Positions 12,339-24,660 of a stretch of DNA of 64,000 nucleotides are shown piece after piece. The notes under the pieces were generated by a model. The model did not search any database and was not told the origin of the DNA. It saw only the letters and a list, made by a program, of their open reading frames with translations. Position numbers and translations under genes: made by a program. The stretch is taken from the NCBI GenBank assembly GCA_036785375.1, contig JAWMAR010000010.1, positions 4,092,001 through 4,156,000 on the forward strand, in the 5' to 3' direction. Each line of letters begins with the position of its first letter. Within the stretch, counting starts at the first letter, position 1. The DNA is from Leucoraja ocellata. Lineage: Eukaryota.

Positions 12339-14905
12339 GTCCCAGTGCATTTGATGGGAGAGAGTCAAGAGAACTTTGTCATTGGGTCTCATCAAGGGTT
12401 ACCCTCCACTATAATATTTGTCCGAAAAACAGTCGCGAGGGCTTTGCTCACTGTAGGGAGGTTTCACGGCAGTCGGGTCACGACCCATGACCCGTACTGT
12501 TGCTACGCTACTCCAAATGGAGTGTACGCGATTAGCTGCAGGTAGGCACTTACCATTGTTCCAGCGTAGTGGGCCCGTTAAAACCCACCAAAATGTCAAT
12601 TTTTGCGCTGTAAATAATTATGGAAATCGGGATAAGCGTGTGAGACATTTAGTCTACTTCAGAATTCCAAAAGTGAGGAGAAATGACGGTAGATAGATGC
12701 GAGAGCTGAGGGGACAACAACAGCCAGAGTGCTTAGCGAACATTGGCCGTTTGCTCACTGCATTTCATCAACTAAGGCATTATTTGTGTTTTTTCTTGAT
12801 TACTTTGGCATCTAAAAAGTTTCAGAAGTGATAAATCTGGCTGTAAAATTTTTAAATTGCCCATGGTTCTCAAGTGGGTTTTTACATACAAAATGAAAAT
12901 GCATCTGAAGAAAATTTACAGCCAGATTGATCTCTTCCGAGACATTTTAGATACCAAAGGAATCAAGAAAAAACACAAATAATGCCTTACTGTTGATGAA
13001 ATGCCATGAGCAAATGCGATAATTACAAATATTTTCAATTTCGATATCTGCACAGCCAATGTTTACCAAGCACTTTAGCTGTCGCTGTCCCTTCACCTCT
13101 CACTTCTCTTTACCTTTATTTCGCTTCACATTTGGAATTCTGAAGTTGGGTACATGTCTCTCACACTTACCCCAACTTCCACAATTTTTTTCAGCGCAAA
13201 AATCCAACATTTTGGGGGTTTTTAACAGGTAGGAAAGTATGCATTTCTTGCATTAATAACATATACCAGAAGTTACTGATGTCCTCCAGGTGGATTGAGC
13301 GGCTGCGTGCATCAAGCCATATGACCCAGTGACCTTGCGTGCAACCCCCCTATATTAGCAGTACATCCCTCTGCTCTTGTAGAATTGGAACGAGCAATGT
13401 TTATGGATGTATTTACCAGCGGTGTCAATACCCGTGGAATGACTAAAGCGGATATACCGATAATGCTTAGCTGTGATTAAATGGTTAAATCAAGGACTGA
13501 TTCTATCCGTGCAAAGACATTGACTTTTGACCAAAGTCAGTTGAATAGTAACTTTCTCGGTGCCAGAAACATGGCGACTCTTTACCTCGGTGAGGTCTGT
13601 TGTGCGATTTTACTAGATTGCATGCAAAAATAAAGAATTTCACTGCACCTAGCTGCATGTGGCAATAAAGAATTATTGAATCATTGGTTTTGTTGTATTG
13701 CGGTGCATTAATTTACTAAAACAAAGTGAAATATACAATTAATTGACAAGTAAATCATAAGGGTTGATGGGTTTAACTTAAGCGTAGGGCAGTGCATGCG
13801 CCCAAGGAGTATTTCTACTGCACTCAATAGTCAGAAAGAGATGACTGGTGCAGGAAAATACGCGGGGGACACATGGATCGCAGCATTTGTCGATTTGTAA
13901 AACGTCTGTGTGTTCTGGTTAAAATACATGGAATCCAGACCCCACTGATCATCCCAGATATGTTTTACATTTTCACACACGCCTACATTATATCACCCAG
14001 TGACCTTCACGCAGAAGCCTTCACTTCATGTACTTGGCTTCAGTGTGCAAAGGGAAACAATGTGGACACCTCTGGCCTTCGCTAAACTGGAATATAATGA
14101 ACATCCATTCGGTCTCTTATACATTTTCACTCGGGTCACTATCTGTGTGGTGTATGACTAGCAATCATACCCGCTATATGAACTTCCGTATATCTCTGTG
14201 TCAGATAATCTCTAAACAGATTCCATACAGAATCTAAGAAACATCGATCCCACTGTAAACGTGAAAGCTAATCACAATCAAACACAGTAGCCGGGATATA
14301 CATGATCAGAATTGATACTCCTGACAATTTAATCAAAATGATGCAGCATGTAACCAATACGATTGGTAGCTGGAATTTGCGAGATATAGATTGCGAGGTA
14401 GTTTTTTTTATTTTGTTAGTTGTTAATCACCATCAGAGTTTTCAGTGTTTGAGCAGCAGACTGCAAGCGCCTGATTAATTTAGCAGCACGGTCGACACAG
14501 GTGTTTCCTTTCAGTTACATGGTGGGCTCATGCCCATCATTCATAATTTTGCCACGGAAAATGTGGAAGAGGGGAGATATTCAGATTCGGCAGAATCTTA
14601 AATGCATTCCTTCCTTATGCTATTAGTCATTCTGTCATTTATTCAATGCGTACTCTTATAATAACAAAGACCGTTTGTGCAGAGCCACATAAACACAAAT
14701 AATTAGAGAGAAGTGTGAGACGTAAATAAAGTTAATTTCGTTTTCCCCACATGGATTTAATGAACTACATGTAGTCTTGGAGAAGACACGGGTAACCTGA
14801 TCGATACGGCAGAGAATTAAAATGGATTTGATATAACATAGGAGTACAAAAGGTAACAGATAGATCGCATGAGTGGGCCGTTCGATCTCAGATTACGCGT
14901 TAGAA
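12339..14905 (+). repeat. Segmental duplicate, copy B (paralog of 6132-8722)
   Basis: Colinear with copy A. It retains about 120 bp (13740-13857) that is missing in A. Confidence 0.92.
12456..13350. mobile_element. Foldback MITE, 895 bp, TA target duplication
   Basis: Ends GGGAGGTTTCACG / CGTGCAACCCCCC with TA on each side and long internal inverted arms. The empty site is in copy A and a second copy lies at 51923-52804. Confidence 0.92.
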
Positions 14906-15500
14906 GCATAGACACATCAGATGGAAGCTGCATTCCAAATCTCGTTGCACATATTTGCAATGACAATAAAATATATTATTATTAATTTGATCATGAATGA
15001 TCGTCCAAAATGTTACGTTTTCCCTGCCACATCTGTGTCGCACTTAATTTTATTAGCCTCAGACCTCGCCATTAAAGCTGAATTTAAAAAAATGAATGGC
15101 ATTTCATATTTATTCTGATTCCATTTGATTTCACCTATCCCCCACATATGATGTGGCTGGAGTCCAACACTCCACCGTTAGCAAAGAGCAGGTGGTAACT
15201 GAACGGGAGCACCTGTGGATTATTTAGAGATTTATTTTGTGCTCTTCTGACAGTTTGGACCCAAAGCCACTTTGGACTGAAAGTGAGAAGTGTAAATGAT
15301 TAAAAGACCGAATGGACACTCATTACATCTATTCACAAATCTGCTAGATGCAGTTCTTGGAGATGGAGGGATCTAATAATATTTGGAAGAATCGGACACA
15401 TGACGATCAGCAATGATTGGGTTGAAGGCTGAACCAGTTTTAAGGGCCTAATGGCCTACCTTGCTCCCATCGTTAATGTTCGTGTCTAGTCATGATCCTA

Positions 15501-15831
15501 TGCCCCTGTCCCACTTAGTAAACCTGAATGGAAACCTCTGGAGACTTTGTGCCCCTCCCAAGGTTTCCGTGTGGTTCCCGAGGGTTTTGTCAGTCTCCCT
15601 GCCTGCTTCAACTACCAGCAAGAAGAAGGGTTTCGGCCCGAAACATTGCCTATTTCCTTCGCTCCATAGATGCTGCTGCACCCGCTGAGTTTCTCCAGCA
15701 TTTTTGTGTACCTTCCACTACCTGCAACCTCCGGCAACCAAATGCCACCTCCGGGAACCGCACGGAAACCTTGGGTGGGGCGCAAAGTCTCCAGAGGTTT
15801 CTGTTCAGGTTTCCTAAGTGGGACAGGGGCA
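15501..15831. mobile_element. PIF/Harbinger-like MITE with about 80-bp TIRs and a nested 90-bp retroposed insert (15622-15711)
   Basis: TGCCCCTGTCCCACTTAG...CTAAGTGGGACAGGGGCA with CTA/TTA flanks. The insert is flanked by a 16-bp near-duplicate (15606-15621, 15712-15727). Confidence 0.8.
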
Positions 15832-15919
15832 TTACTATAATATTTTTCAGTGTACAACACTGTTGTTCATGTAATCGTGTCACAAATATTTCCCTGGAGC
15901 ATGTCCCAAGCACAATAAT

Positions 15920-16915
15920 AATAGACAATAGACAATAGGTGCAGGAGTAGTCCATTCAGCCCTTCGAGCCAGCACCGCCATTCAATGTGATCATGGCTGA
16001 CCATCCCCAATCAGTACCCCATTCCTGCCTTCTCCCCATATCCCCTGACTCCGCTATCTTTAAGAGCCCTATCTAGCTCTCTCTTGAAAGTATCCAGAGA
16101 ACCGGCCTCCACCGCCCTCTGAAGCCGAGAATTCCACAGACTGTCAAATCTCTGTGTAAAAAAGTGTTTCCTCATCTCCATTCTAAATGGCTTGCGCCTT
16201 ATTCTTAAACTGTGGCCCCTGGTTCTGGACCCCCCCAACATCGGGAACATGTTTCCTCCCTTTAGCGTACTCAAACCCTGAATAATCTTATACGTTTCAA
16301 TAAGATGCCCTCTCATCCTTCAAATCTCCAGTTTACAAGCCCAGCCGCTTCATTCTCATAGCACATGATAAACAATATTACATGGTAAAAATGACGTCAG
16401 AGAGTTTAAATGTGAATAAATGATGATAATTCACCTTGACTTAATGGCAAATACTTTCAGAATCTGGCAGAACATAGTGATGGCTTGACTGGCTTTACGT
16501 CTGCAAAGAGTGTTAGCTATAGGGAGAGGTTGAGTAGGCCAGCTCACTATTTGATGGAGCACAGGAGGATGGGGGGTGATCTTATAGAGGTGTACAAGAT
16601 GATGAGAATAGTGGAATCGAGGATGAGAGGACATGGGTTCAAGGTGAAGGGGAAAAGATTTAATAGGAAAACGATGGGTAACATTTTCACCCAGAAGGTG
16701 ATGGGTGTATGGAACAAGCTGCCAGAAGAGGTAGTTGAGGCTGGGACTATCCCATCGTTTAAGAAACAGTTGGACAGGTACATGGATAGCACAGATTTGG
16801 AGGGATATGGACCCAGCGCAGGCAAGTGGGACAAGTGTAGCTGGGACATTGTTGGTCGGTGTGGTCGAGTTGGGCCGAAGGGCCTGTTTCCACACTGTAT
16901 CACTGTTTCTATGAC
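15920..16915. mobile_element. CR1-clade 3' fragments (minus 15920-16357; plus 16490-16915, different subfamily)
   Basis: ORFs 16011-16316 and 16485-16952 with RRMRG/RRMGGDLIEVYK and WNxLP motifs. Confidence 0.85.
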
Positions 16916-17509
16916 TCTATCTTTCCGTTTCCGCCCCTTCCGTTTTCCGTAGAGACCACATTGTCCGCAGTTGCATGGTCTGCTCATCTCTGCCCACCGA
17001 AACCGCTCCATTCCCAAAGCATCTCCCCTACGCCTGGCCTGACAGCTCCTGTTTCACTTCCACCAGCCACGCAGGCAGTCGTCCCAGTTCAGACTGAGAT
17101 TCACATGCACCTCTGCAGATCACATGTGCAGCATTTGTCTCCCGCGATGCTCATTCGCGTACATTGGTGAGACCAAGCGTACACTGGGCGACCGTTTTGA
17201 TGACAATTCATGGTCTCTCCTTAAGGTTCACAGTCAGTTAAGCTCTGCTTCCCATTCCCACATCGAACATATTCCATTGACAACCTTGGCCTCACACAGT
17301 GGAGAGCAGCACCCGAGGATCCGCTTGGATATCTTACAATGGAACAGTATAAACACTAATTTCTCCAATTTAGAATCATAGCACCCTGCACACGCTCTTT
17401 CTCATTCTTGTGCATATATTATATTCCCCAGCACCCAGCTCTCAAGTCACCTTCGTCATTTAAACTTTAAAAAAACTCTGCCTCCGCTACATGAACGACT
17501 GCTTTCTGT

Positions 17510-17850
17510 CATAGACATAGAAAATAGGTACAGGAGTAGGCCATTCGGCCCTTCGAGCCTGCACCGCCATTCAATATGATCATGGCTGATCATCCAACTC
17601 GGTATCCCGTACCTGCCTTCTCTCCATACCCTCTGTTCCCTTTTGCCACAAGGGCCACATCTAACTCCCTCTTAAATATAGCCAATGAACTGGCCTCAAC
17701 TACCTTCTGTGGCGGAGAATTCCACAGATTCACCACTCTCTGTGTGAAAAATGTTTTTTGCATCTCGGTCCTAAAAGACTTTCCCCTTACCCTTAAACTG
17801 TGACCCCTAGTTCTGGACATCCCCAACATCGGGTAAAATCTATCTCCTGC
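17510..17850 (-). mobile_element. CR1-clade 3' fragment
   Basis: ORF 17590-17904 has FFTQRVVNLWNS, plus the tail. Confidence 0.88.
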
Positions 17851-18950
17851 ACAGATGCAGAACTCACTGACCATTAACGTCACAACCAAATTTCCATCCT
17901 GCACTGAAATTCACTTGGACCATCTCCGACATCTCCATGCCATTTCCAGATCTGACCGTCACCATCACAGGAGACAAGCTATCGACTGACATCTATGATA
18001 AGCCCACTGACTCCCATTATTATCTAGACTTCTTCCCAGCCCGTTTCCTGTAAAGACTCTCTCCCTACTCCCAATTCCTCCGCCTACGCCGCATCTGTGC
18101 CCACGATGAAGTGTTCCATACCAGGTCATCCGAGATGTCCTCATTCTTCAGGGAATGGGGATCCCCTCTTCCATTATAGATGAGGCTCTCATTAACGTCA
18201 TGTCGATATTCGTAACAAGGACAGAATGCCCCTTGTCCTCGGCTTCCACCCCATATAGCACATAATCCTCCGACATTTTCGCCATCTCCAACAGGATCCC
18301 ACTACTAGCCACAACTTCCCATCTCCACCCCTTTCTGCTATCCGCAGAGACAGAGACATATCCCATCGCAAATCCTTGGCCAACTCCTCCCCTCCCACCC
18401 AAACCACTAAGGTACTTTCCCCTGCACACCTGTCCCTATACCTCCCCATCAACTTCATCTAAGGACCCCAACAGTTTTGTCAGGTGAGGCAGAGGTTCAA
18501 TCGGCGAGACCAAGCGTAGGTTCGGCGATCATTTCGAAGAACACCTCCGCGCAGTCCGCCTAAACATACTTGATCTCCCGGTTGCTCAACACTTTAACTC
18601 ACCCTCCCATTCCCACACTGACCTTTCTGTCCTGGGCCTTCTCCATTGCCAGAGTGAGGCCCCGTGCAAATTGGAGGAACAGCACCTCATGTTGCTTGGA
18701 TAGCTTACACCCTAGCGGTATGAACATTGACTTCTCTAACATCAAGCAGCTCTTGCTTTTCCTCTCTCGCCATTCCCTTCCCGTTCCCAGTTCTCCCACC
18801 AGTCTTGCTGGCTCCAACTACATTTTAACTCTGTCCCGCCTGCTCCCCTGACATCAGTCTGAAGAAGCCCGAAACGTCACCCATTCCTTCTCTCAAGAGA
18901 TTCTGCCTGTCCCTCTGAATTACTCCAGCATTTTGTGTCTAGCTTCCACT
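17850..18950 (+). mobile_element. Penelope-like retroelement fragment (RT C-terminus and GIY-YIG region)
   Basis: Translates in pieces to FHPALKFTWTISD, LSTDIY.KPTDSH, PYSQFLRLRRIC and IGETKRRFGDHFEEH. A related piece (YIGETKRTLGDRF) lies at about 17100-17380. Confidence 0.78.
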
Positions 18951-19119
18951 TATTGTTTGCCAAACTTTGTCCTGCCACACCCACTCTGTTCCAGTTTTCT
19001 CCCCACCCTGACGGCAATTACTCAGAAGAAAGCATTCCATTAGGACACGTCATCTGCCCAGCCCCTCCACAGATGTACATTGGCTCGTTGAAACGCTACA
19101 TCAGTTTGTGTATTGCTTG

Positions 19120-19647
19120 AAAAGAGGAGATTCTTGCTATTGAGGGAGTGCAGCGTAGGTTCATAAGGTTAATTCCCACGATGGCGGGACTGTCATATGT
19201 TGAAAGAATGGAGTGACTGGGCTTGTATACTCTGCAATTTAGAAGGATGAGAGGGTATCTTATTAAAAAATATAAGATTATTAAGGGATTGGACATGCTA
19301 AAGACAGGAAACATGTTCCCGATGTTGGGGGAGTCTAGAACCAGGGGGCACATTTTAAGAATAAGGGGTAGGCCATTTAGAACGGAGATGAGGAAAAACT
19401 TTTTCACCCAGAGAGTTGTGAATCTGTGGAATTTTCTACCTCATAAGTCAGTGGAGGCCAATTCTCTGGATGCTTTCAAGAAAGAGTTAGATAGAGCTCT
19501 TAAAGATAGCAGAGTCAGGGGATATGGGGAGAAGGCATGAACGGGGTACTGATTGTGGATGATCAGCCATGATCACATTGAATGGCGGTGCTGGCTCGAA
19601 GGGCCGAATGGCCTACTCCTGCACCTAATGTCTATTGTCTATTGTCA
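19120..19647 (+). mobile_element. CR1-clade 3' fragment
   Basis: ORF 19223-19540 and a (TATTGTC)n tail. Confidence 0.88.
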
Positions 19648-21470
19648 ATTGAGAAACATTGCAGAAAGATGCTGACCCATCATTCAGGGTCACTTCGCTC
19701 TTCCATAAGATCATGGTGGATGCCGCCTAAGAATCCTCATCACCTTTCCTCTCATCCACGTACTCCTTGCCTTATTTGGGTTCTTTTAATTGAAATATCC
19801 ATATGAAATATTGTCAATATATTCATATCCATTGTGTCGGGAATAGAGAATTCCAAAGTGCTACAACCCACCGTCACAAATTACTCTGAATCACCGATTG
19901 CATTGGCTGGCCCTTATTCTGAATCCACGCTCATTAGTCCTGAACACCTCTGTAGAAACAATAATCTCACCAGCTAGCCCATCAACCCAGCACAGAATAC
20001 TAACAATAGTAAGTTCATCGCAAAGTCTTTGAATTTTTTATGCAGTGGCCTCTTTCTGCTTATCTGTCTCTCTACGTCATCTTGTCATGCCAGAATCAGC
20101 TTAGTGAACCATGCACTACCATCCTTACAAAAGTCCCAAGCATTGTAGTTCGGCATTAGAGATGTATCCAGACATGATCTAATTAGAAACCTATAAAACG
20201 TCCCATCGTCCGTATCCTTCCTCCGGCCATCTGCCAATCGATATCCTCACCTGCACTCTCCCTAACTCTAACCCTAACCCTATCCCGAACCCCAGCGGTA
20301 GGAATATTGATCTTCCTTATTTCCTCTAACCTTTGCAATCCATCACTCCCCTTCCTGACCCACCCTGGTCATCCTGCTAGTTTCACTGTCGTCCTGCTTA
20401 GTTTTACGGCTTGTATACACTTGTTATCACCTTTTCCACAGCCAACCAGAGGCCATTGTGGGCTCCACCATTCTTTGATCCTAGTGGCTGGCTTTTATTT
20501 TTTTCTTTTCATAACTTTCATTCATTTGTTATTTGTACCCTTACATGCCTCTAGTTTTCCCCCTCCTTTGATGTTTAAGCCAAAAAAGTAAGAATGTTAT
20601 CCAATATAAGTATGTCTACTATTGCTCCTCTCCTCTGACTCTCAGTCTGAAGAAGGAAGGTCTGGGGCCAAAGTCCACCCCACTTAAATAATATTGTCAG
20701 TACTTGCTTTCTTTCTTCATTTCAAATATGATGTCTTCAATGTTTCATAAAGCATCTGCCAATTTGGTACCCGTTGTACACATCACTGCAGGTTCTTTGT
20801 GTTAACCTGACACTTCTCACCGGAACACTATGTGTGCGGTCAAAAGGCCTAAACACGGTAAACGGTGCATTTATTGAAGTTATTAATATGCATTGTAAAC
20901 AATTGACATTTCATCACTCATCTATGCAAGTACCTCATCCAAAAACAAACCAGGACATACATTCCATCTTCAAAGACTTACAACAACTTTGTCACATACC
21001 GTTACTTTTTCAAAAAATGATGAACAATCTGTTAGAAGCGCTTATGAACCCTAAGCACCCGGATATTATCTTTTTAATCATGGCATTCAATATCTCCCCT
21101 CTGATAGATGTTCGACTATTTGACGTTTTTCATGCTCATTTCTGGCTCTCCTCCTTCTTAATCGTGGTCACTTTTGCAGTTTTAACTCAATTAGAGTTTT
21201 CCCACTATGTTATGTCATTTTGTAATATATTGTAATCCATACGCACCCTTTGTCTACATCTACTTAGTTCTAACACACACATTCAAGTCATTGGGTCCAG
21301 GTGACTTGTCGAGGTCTACCGCATTAGTTTACGGCATTTTCTCTGTTGTTTCAGCGTACTTTCATAAGTTCAGATATTTATGAATCATAGCAGCATAATT
21401 ATATCATTTGGCCCGTCGAGTCTACTCCGCCATTCAATCGCTGCTGATTTATCTTACTCTCTCATACCCA

Positions 21471-24400
21471 TTATAACCATATAACCATATTACAATTACA
21501 GCACGGAAACAGGCCATCTCGGCCCTACAAGTCCGTGCTGAACAATTATTTTACCTTAGTCCCACCTGCCTGCACTCATACCATAACCCTCTATTCCCTT
21601 CTCATCCATATGCCTATCCAATTTATTTTTAAATGATACCAACGAACCTGCCTCCACCACTTCCACTGGAAGCTCATGCCACACCGCTACCACTCTCTGA
21701 GTAAAGACATTCCCCCTCATGTTACCGCTAAACTTCTGTCCCTCAAGTCATGCCCTCTTGTTTGAATCTTCCCTATTCTCAAAGGGAAAAGCTTGTCCAC
21801 ATCAACTCTGTCTATCCCTCTCATCATTTTAAAGACCTCTATCAATTCCCCCTTAACCTTCTGCGCTCCAGAGAATAAAGACCTAACTTATTCAACCTTT
21901 CTCTGTAACTTAGTTGTTGAAACCCAGGCAACATTCTAGTAAATCTCCTCTGTACTCTCTCTATTTTGTTGACATCCTTCCTATAATTGGGCAACCAAAA
22001 TTGTACACCATACTCCAGATTTGATCTCACCAATGGCTTGTACAATTTTAACATTACATCCCAGCATCTATACTCAATGCTCTGATTTATAAAGGCTAGC
22101 ATACCAAAAGCTTTCTTTACCACCCTGTCTATATGAGATTCCACCTTCAAGGAACTATGCACGGTTATTCCCAGATTCCTCTGTTCAACTGCATTCTTCA
22201 ATTCCCTACCATTTACCATGTACGTCCTATTTTGATTTGTCCTGCCAAGGTGTAGCAGCTCACATTTATCAGCATTAAACTCCATCTGCCATCTTTCAGC
22301 TCATTCTTCCAAATGGCCTAAATCACTCTGTAGACTTTGGAAATCCTCTTCATTATTCACAACACCCCCTATCTTGGTATTATCTGCATACTTAGTAATC
22401 CAATTCACCACACCTTCATCCAGATCCTTGATGTACATGACAAACAACAAAGGACCCAACACAGAACCCCGAGGCACCCCATTAGTCACCTGCCTCCAAG
22501 CCGACAAACAGCCATCCACCATTACCCTCTGGCGTCTCCCATTCAGCCACTGTTGAATCCATCTTGCTACTCCTGCATTTATACGCAACAGTTGAACCTT
22601 CTTAACCAACCTTCCATGAGGAACCTTGTCAAAGGCCTTACTAAAGTCCATATAGACAACATCCACTGCTTTACCCTCGTCAATTTCCCTAGTAACCTCT
22701 TCAAAAAATTCAAGAAGATTAGTCAAACATGACCTTCCAGGCACAAATCCATTTTGACTGTTCCTAATCAGACCCTGTTTATCCAGATGCTTATATATAT
22801 TATCTCTAAGTATCTTTTCCATTAATTTGCCCACCACTGAAGTCAAACTAACAGGCTTATAATTGCTAGGTTTACTCTTAGAACCCTTTTTAAACAATGG
22901 AACAACATGCGCAGTACGCCAATCCTCGGGGACTATTCCCGTTTCTAATGACATTTGAAATATTTCTGTCATAGCCCCGGCTATTTCTACACGAACGTCC
23001 CTCAATGTCCTAGGGAATATCCTGTCAGGACCTGGAGACTTATCCACTTTTATATTTTTCAAAAATGCCAGTACTTCTTTTACTTAGAAACTCATAGTAT
23101 CTATAGCTACTCTACTAGTTTCCCTTACCTCACATAATTCAATATCCTTCTCCTTGGTGAATAGCAAAGAAAAGAAATTGTTCAATATCTCCCCCATCTC
23201 TTTTAGCTCTGCAGATAGCTGTCCACTCTGTCTCTCCAATGGACCAATTTTATCCCTCATTATCCTTTTGCTATTAATATAGCTGTAGAAACCCTTTGGA
23301 TTTACTTTCACCTTACTTGCCAAAGCAACCTCATATCGTCTTTTAGCTTTTCTAATTTATTTCTTAAGATTCTTTTTACATTCTTTATACGCCTCAAGCA
23401 TCTCATTTACTTCATGCTGCCTATAATTATTGTAGATCTCCCTCTTTTTCCGAACAAGATGTCCAATTTCCCTTGAAAACCAGGGCTCTTTCTGTAACGG
23501 GTATAGCTTGGACCCACTAGCAGCACAGAATCAGGCAGGTATAATTGGTAATGAACTTTATTACGATACCGTAACCCAGAGTAGAAACACAGGAATGGGT
23601 ACACCGTACTCACACAGAGGCTCAGGATTGAGCGAGGGTTCCGAAGAGGGGCAAGCAGGAGACGTAGTCGGGGTAGCGGAAGGTCCGGTAACCAGGAGAT
23701 CCAACACACAATGCAAACAAACCAGCGAGGGACAGACGAAAGGAGAGTCGAAGTCAGGCAGGAAGTCGAGGAGCCATTGCAGGGATACACCAAACAGCCC
23801 AGGAGAGAGGCAGACAGAAACCAGGAGGTCGGGGACAAAAGGCTGAGGTGATATCCGGGAAGACGACAGGACGGTATGGTCAGGGGCAGGCAGGTTCGAA
23901 TCCGTGTAGGCAGTCGTGAAATCGCTGGAGAGTCTTGCATGAATGCTGAGAACAATCTGGCACTGTGTGAACAGTGAGGAGAGTCTATATATCGGGTTAA
24001 TTGGTGATCAGAGGCAACTGAGTGCAACAGGTGAGGATAGTTAGGCTGATGAGAGGGGAGTGGCAGGCGAGGAGAAGGAGGGACCGGTGGAAAAGTACTG
24101 GGAGGTGAAGTGGATGAGAATGAGGAGAGGGCAGACTGTGACACTTTCTAATTTTTACTGTTTCCTTTCAACCGAACAGGAACATAAAGATTCTGTACTC
24201 TTAAAATGTCCCCTTTAAATGTCCTCCATTTCTCTTCTACATCTTTCCCATAAAACAAAATGGCCCAGTTCACTCCTTTTAAATCATTTCGCATCTCAGC
24301 AAAGTTAGCCTTTCTCCAATCAAAAATCTCAACCCTAGGTCCAGTTCTGACCCTCTCCATAATTATATTGAAACTAATGGTATTGTGATCACTGGGCCCG

Positions 24401-24660
24401 AAGTGCTCCCCAACGTATACCTCCGCCACCTGTCCCGTCTCATTTCCTAACAGGAGGTCCAGCACTGCCCCTTCTCTAGTAGGTACCTCTACGTATTGCT
24501 GCAAAAAACTATCCTTCACACATTTTACAAACTCCAAACCATCCAGCCCATTTACAGAATGTGTTTCCCAGTCTATGTGTGGAAAGTTGAAATCTCCCAC
24601 AATCACAACCTTGTGCTTACTACTAATATCTGCTATCTCCTTACATATTTGCTCTTCCAA
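21471..24660 (-). mobile_element. Long CR1-clade LINE ORF2 (EN-RT) relic, interrupted by a solo LTR
   Basis: ORFs 24148-24780 (VGDFNFPHIDW, SDH), 23084-23323, 22301-23062 (YMDFSKAFDKVPH, GVPRGSVLGP) and 21842-22285, with an (ATGGTTAT)n tail. Confidence 0.93.
23493..24143 (-). mobile_element. Solo LTR, 651 bp, 5-bp TSD
   Basis: TGTAAC...GTGACA ends, CTTTC duplicated at 23488-23492 and 24144-24148, and a minus-strand AATAAA near 23560. CR1 sequence continues on both sides. Confidence 0.88.

Noticed and set aside
20774-21235. 153-aa ORF in non-repeat-looking DNA
   Set aside because: It has a non-ATG start, no recognisable motif and no supporting exon structure.
23407-24144. 245-aa minus-strand ORF
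   Set aside because: It coincides with the solo LTR, is low complexity and has no domain motifs.
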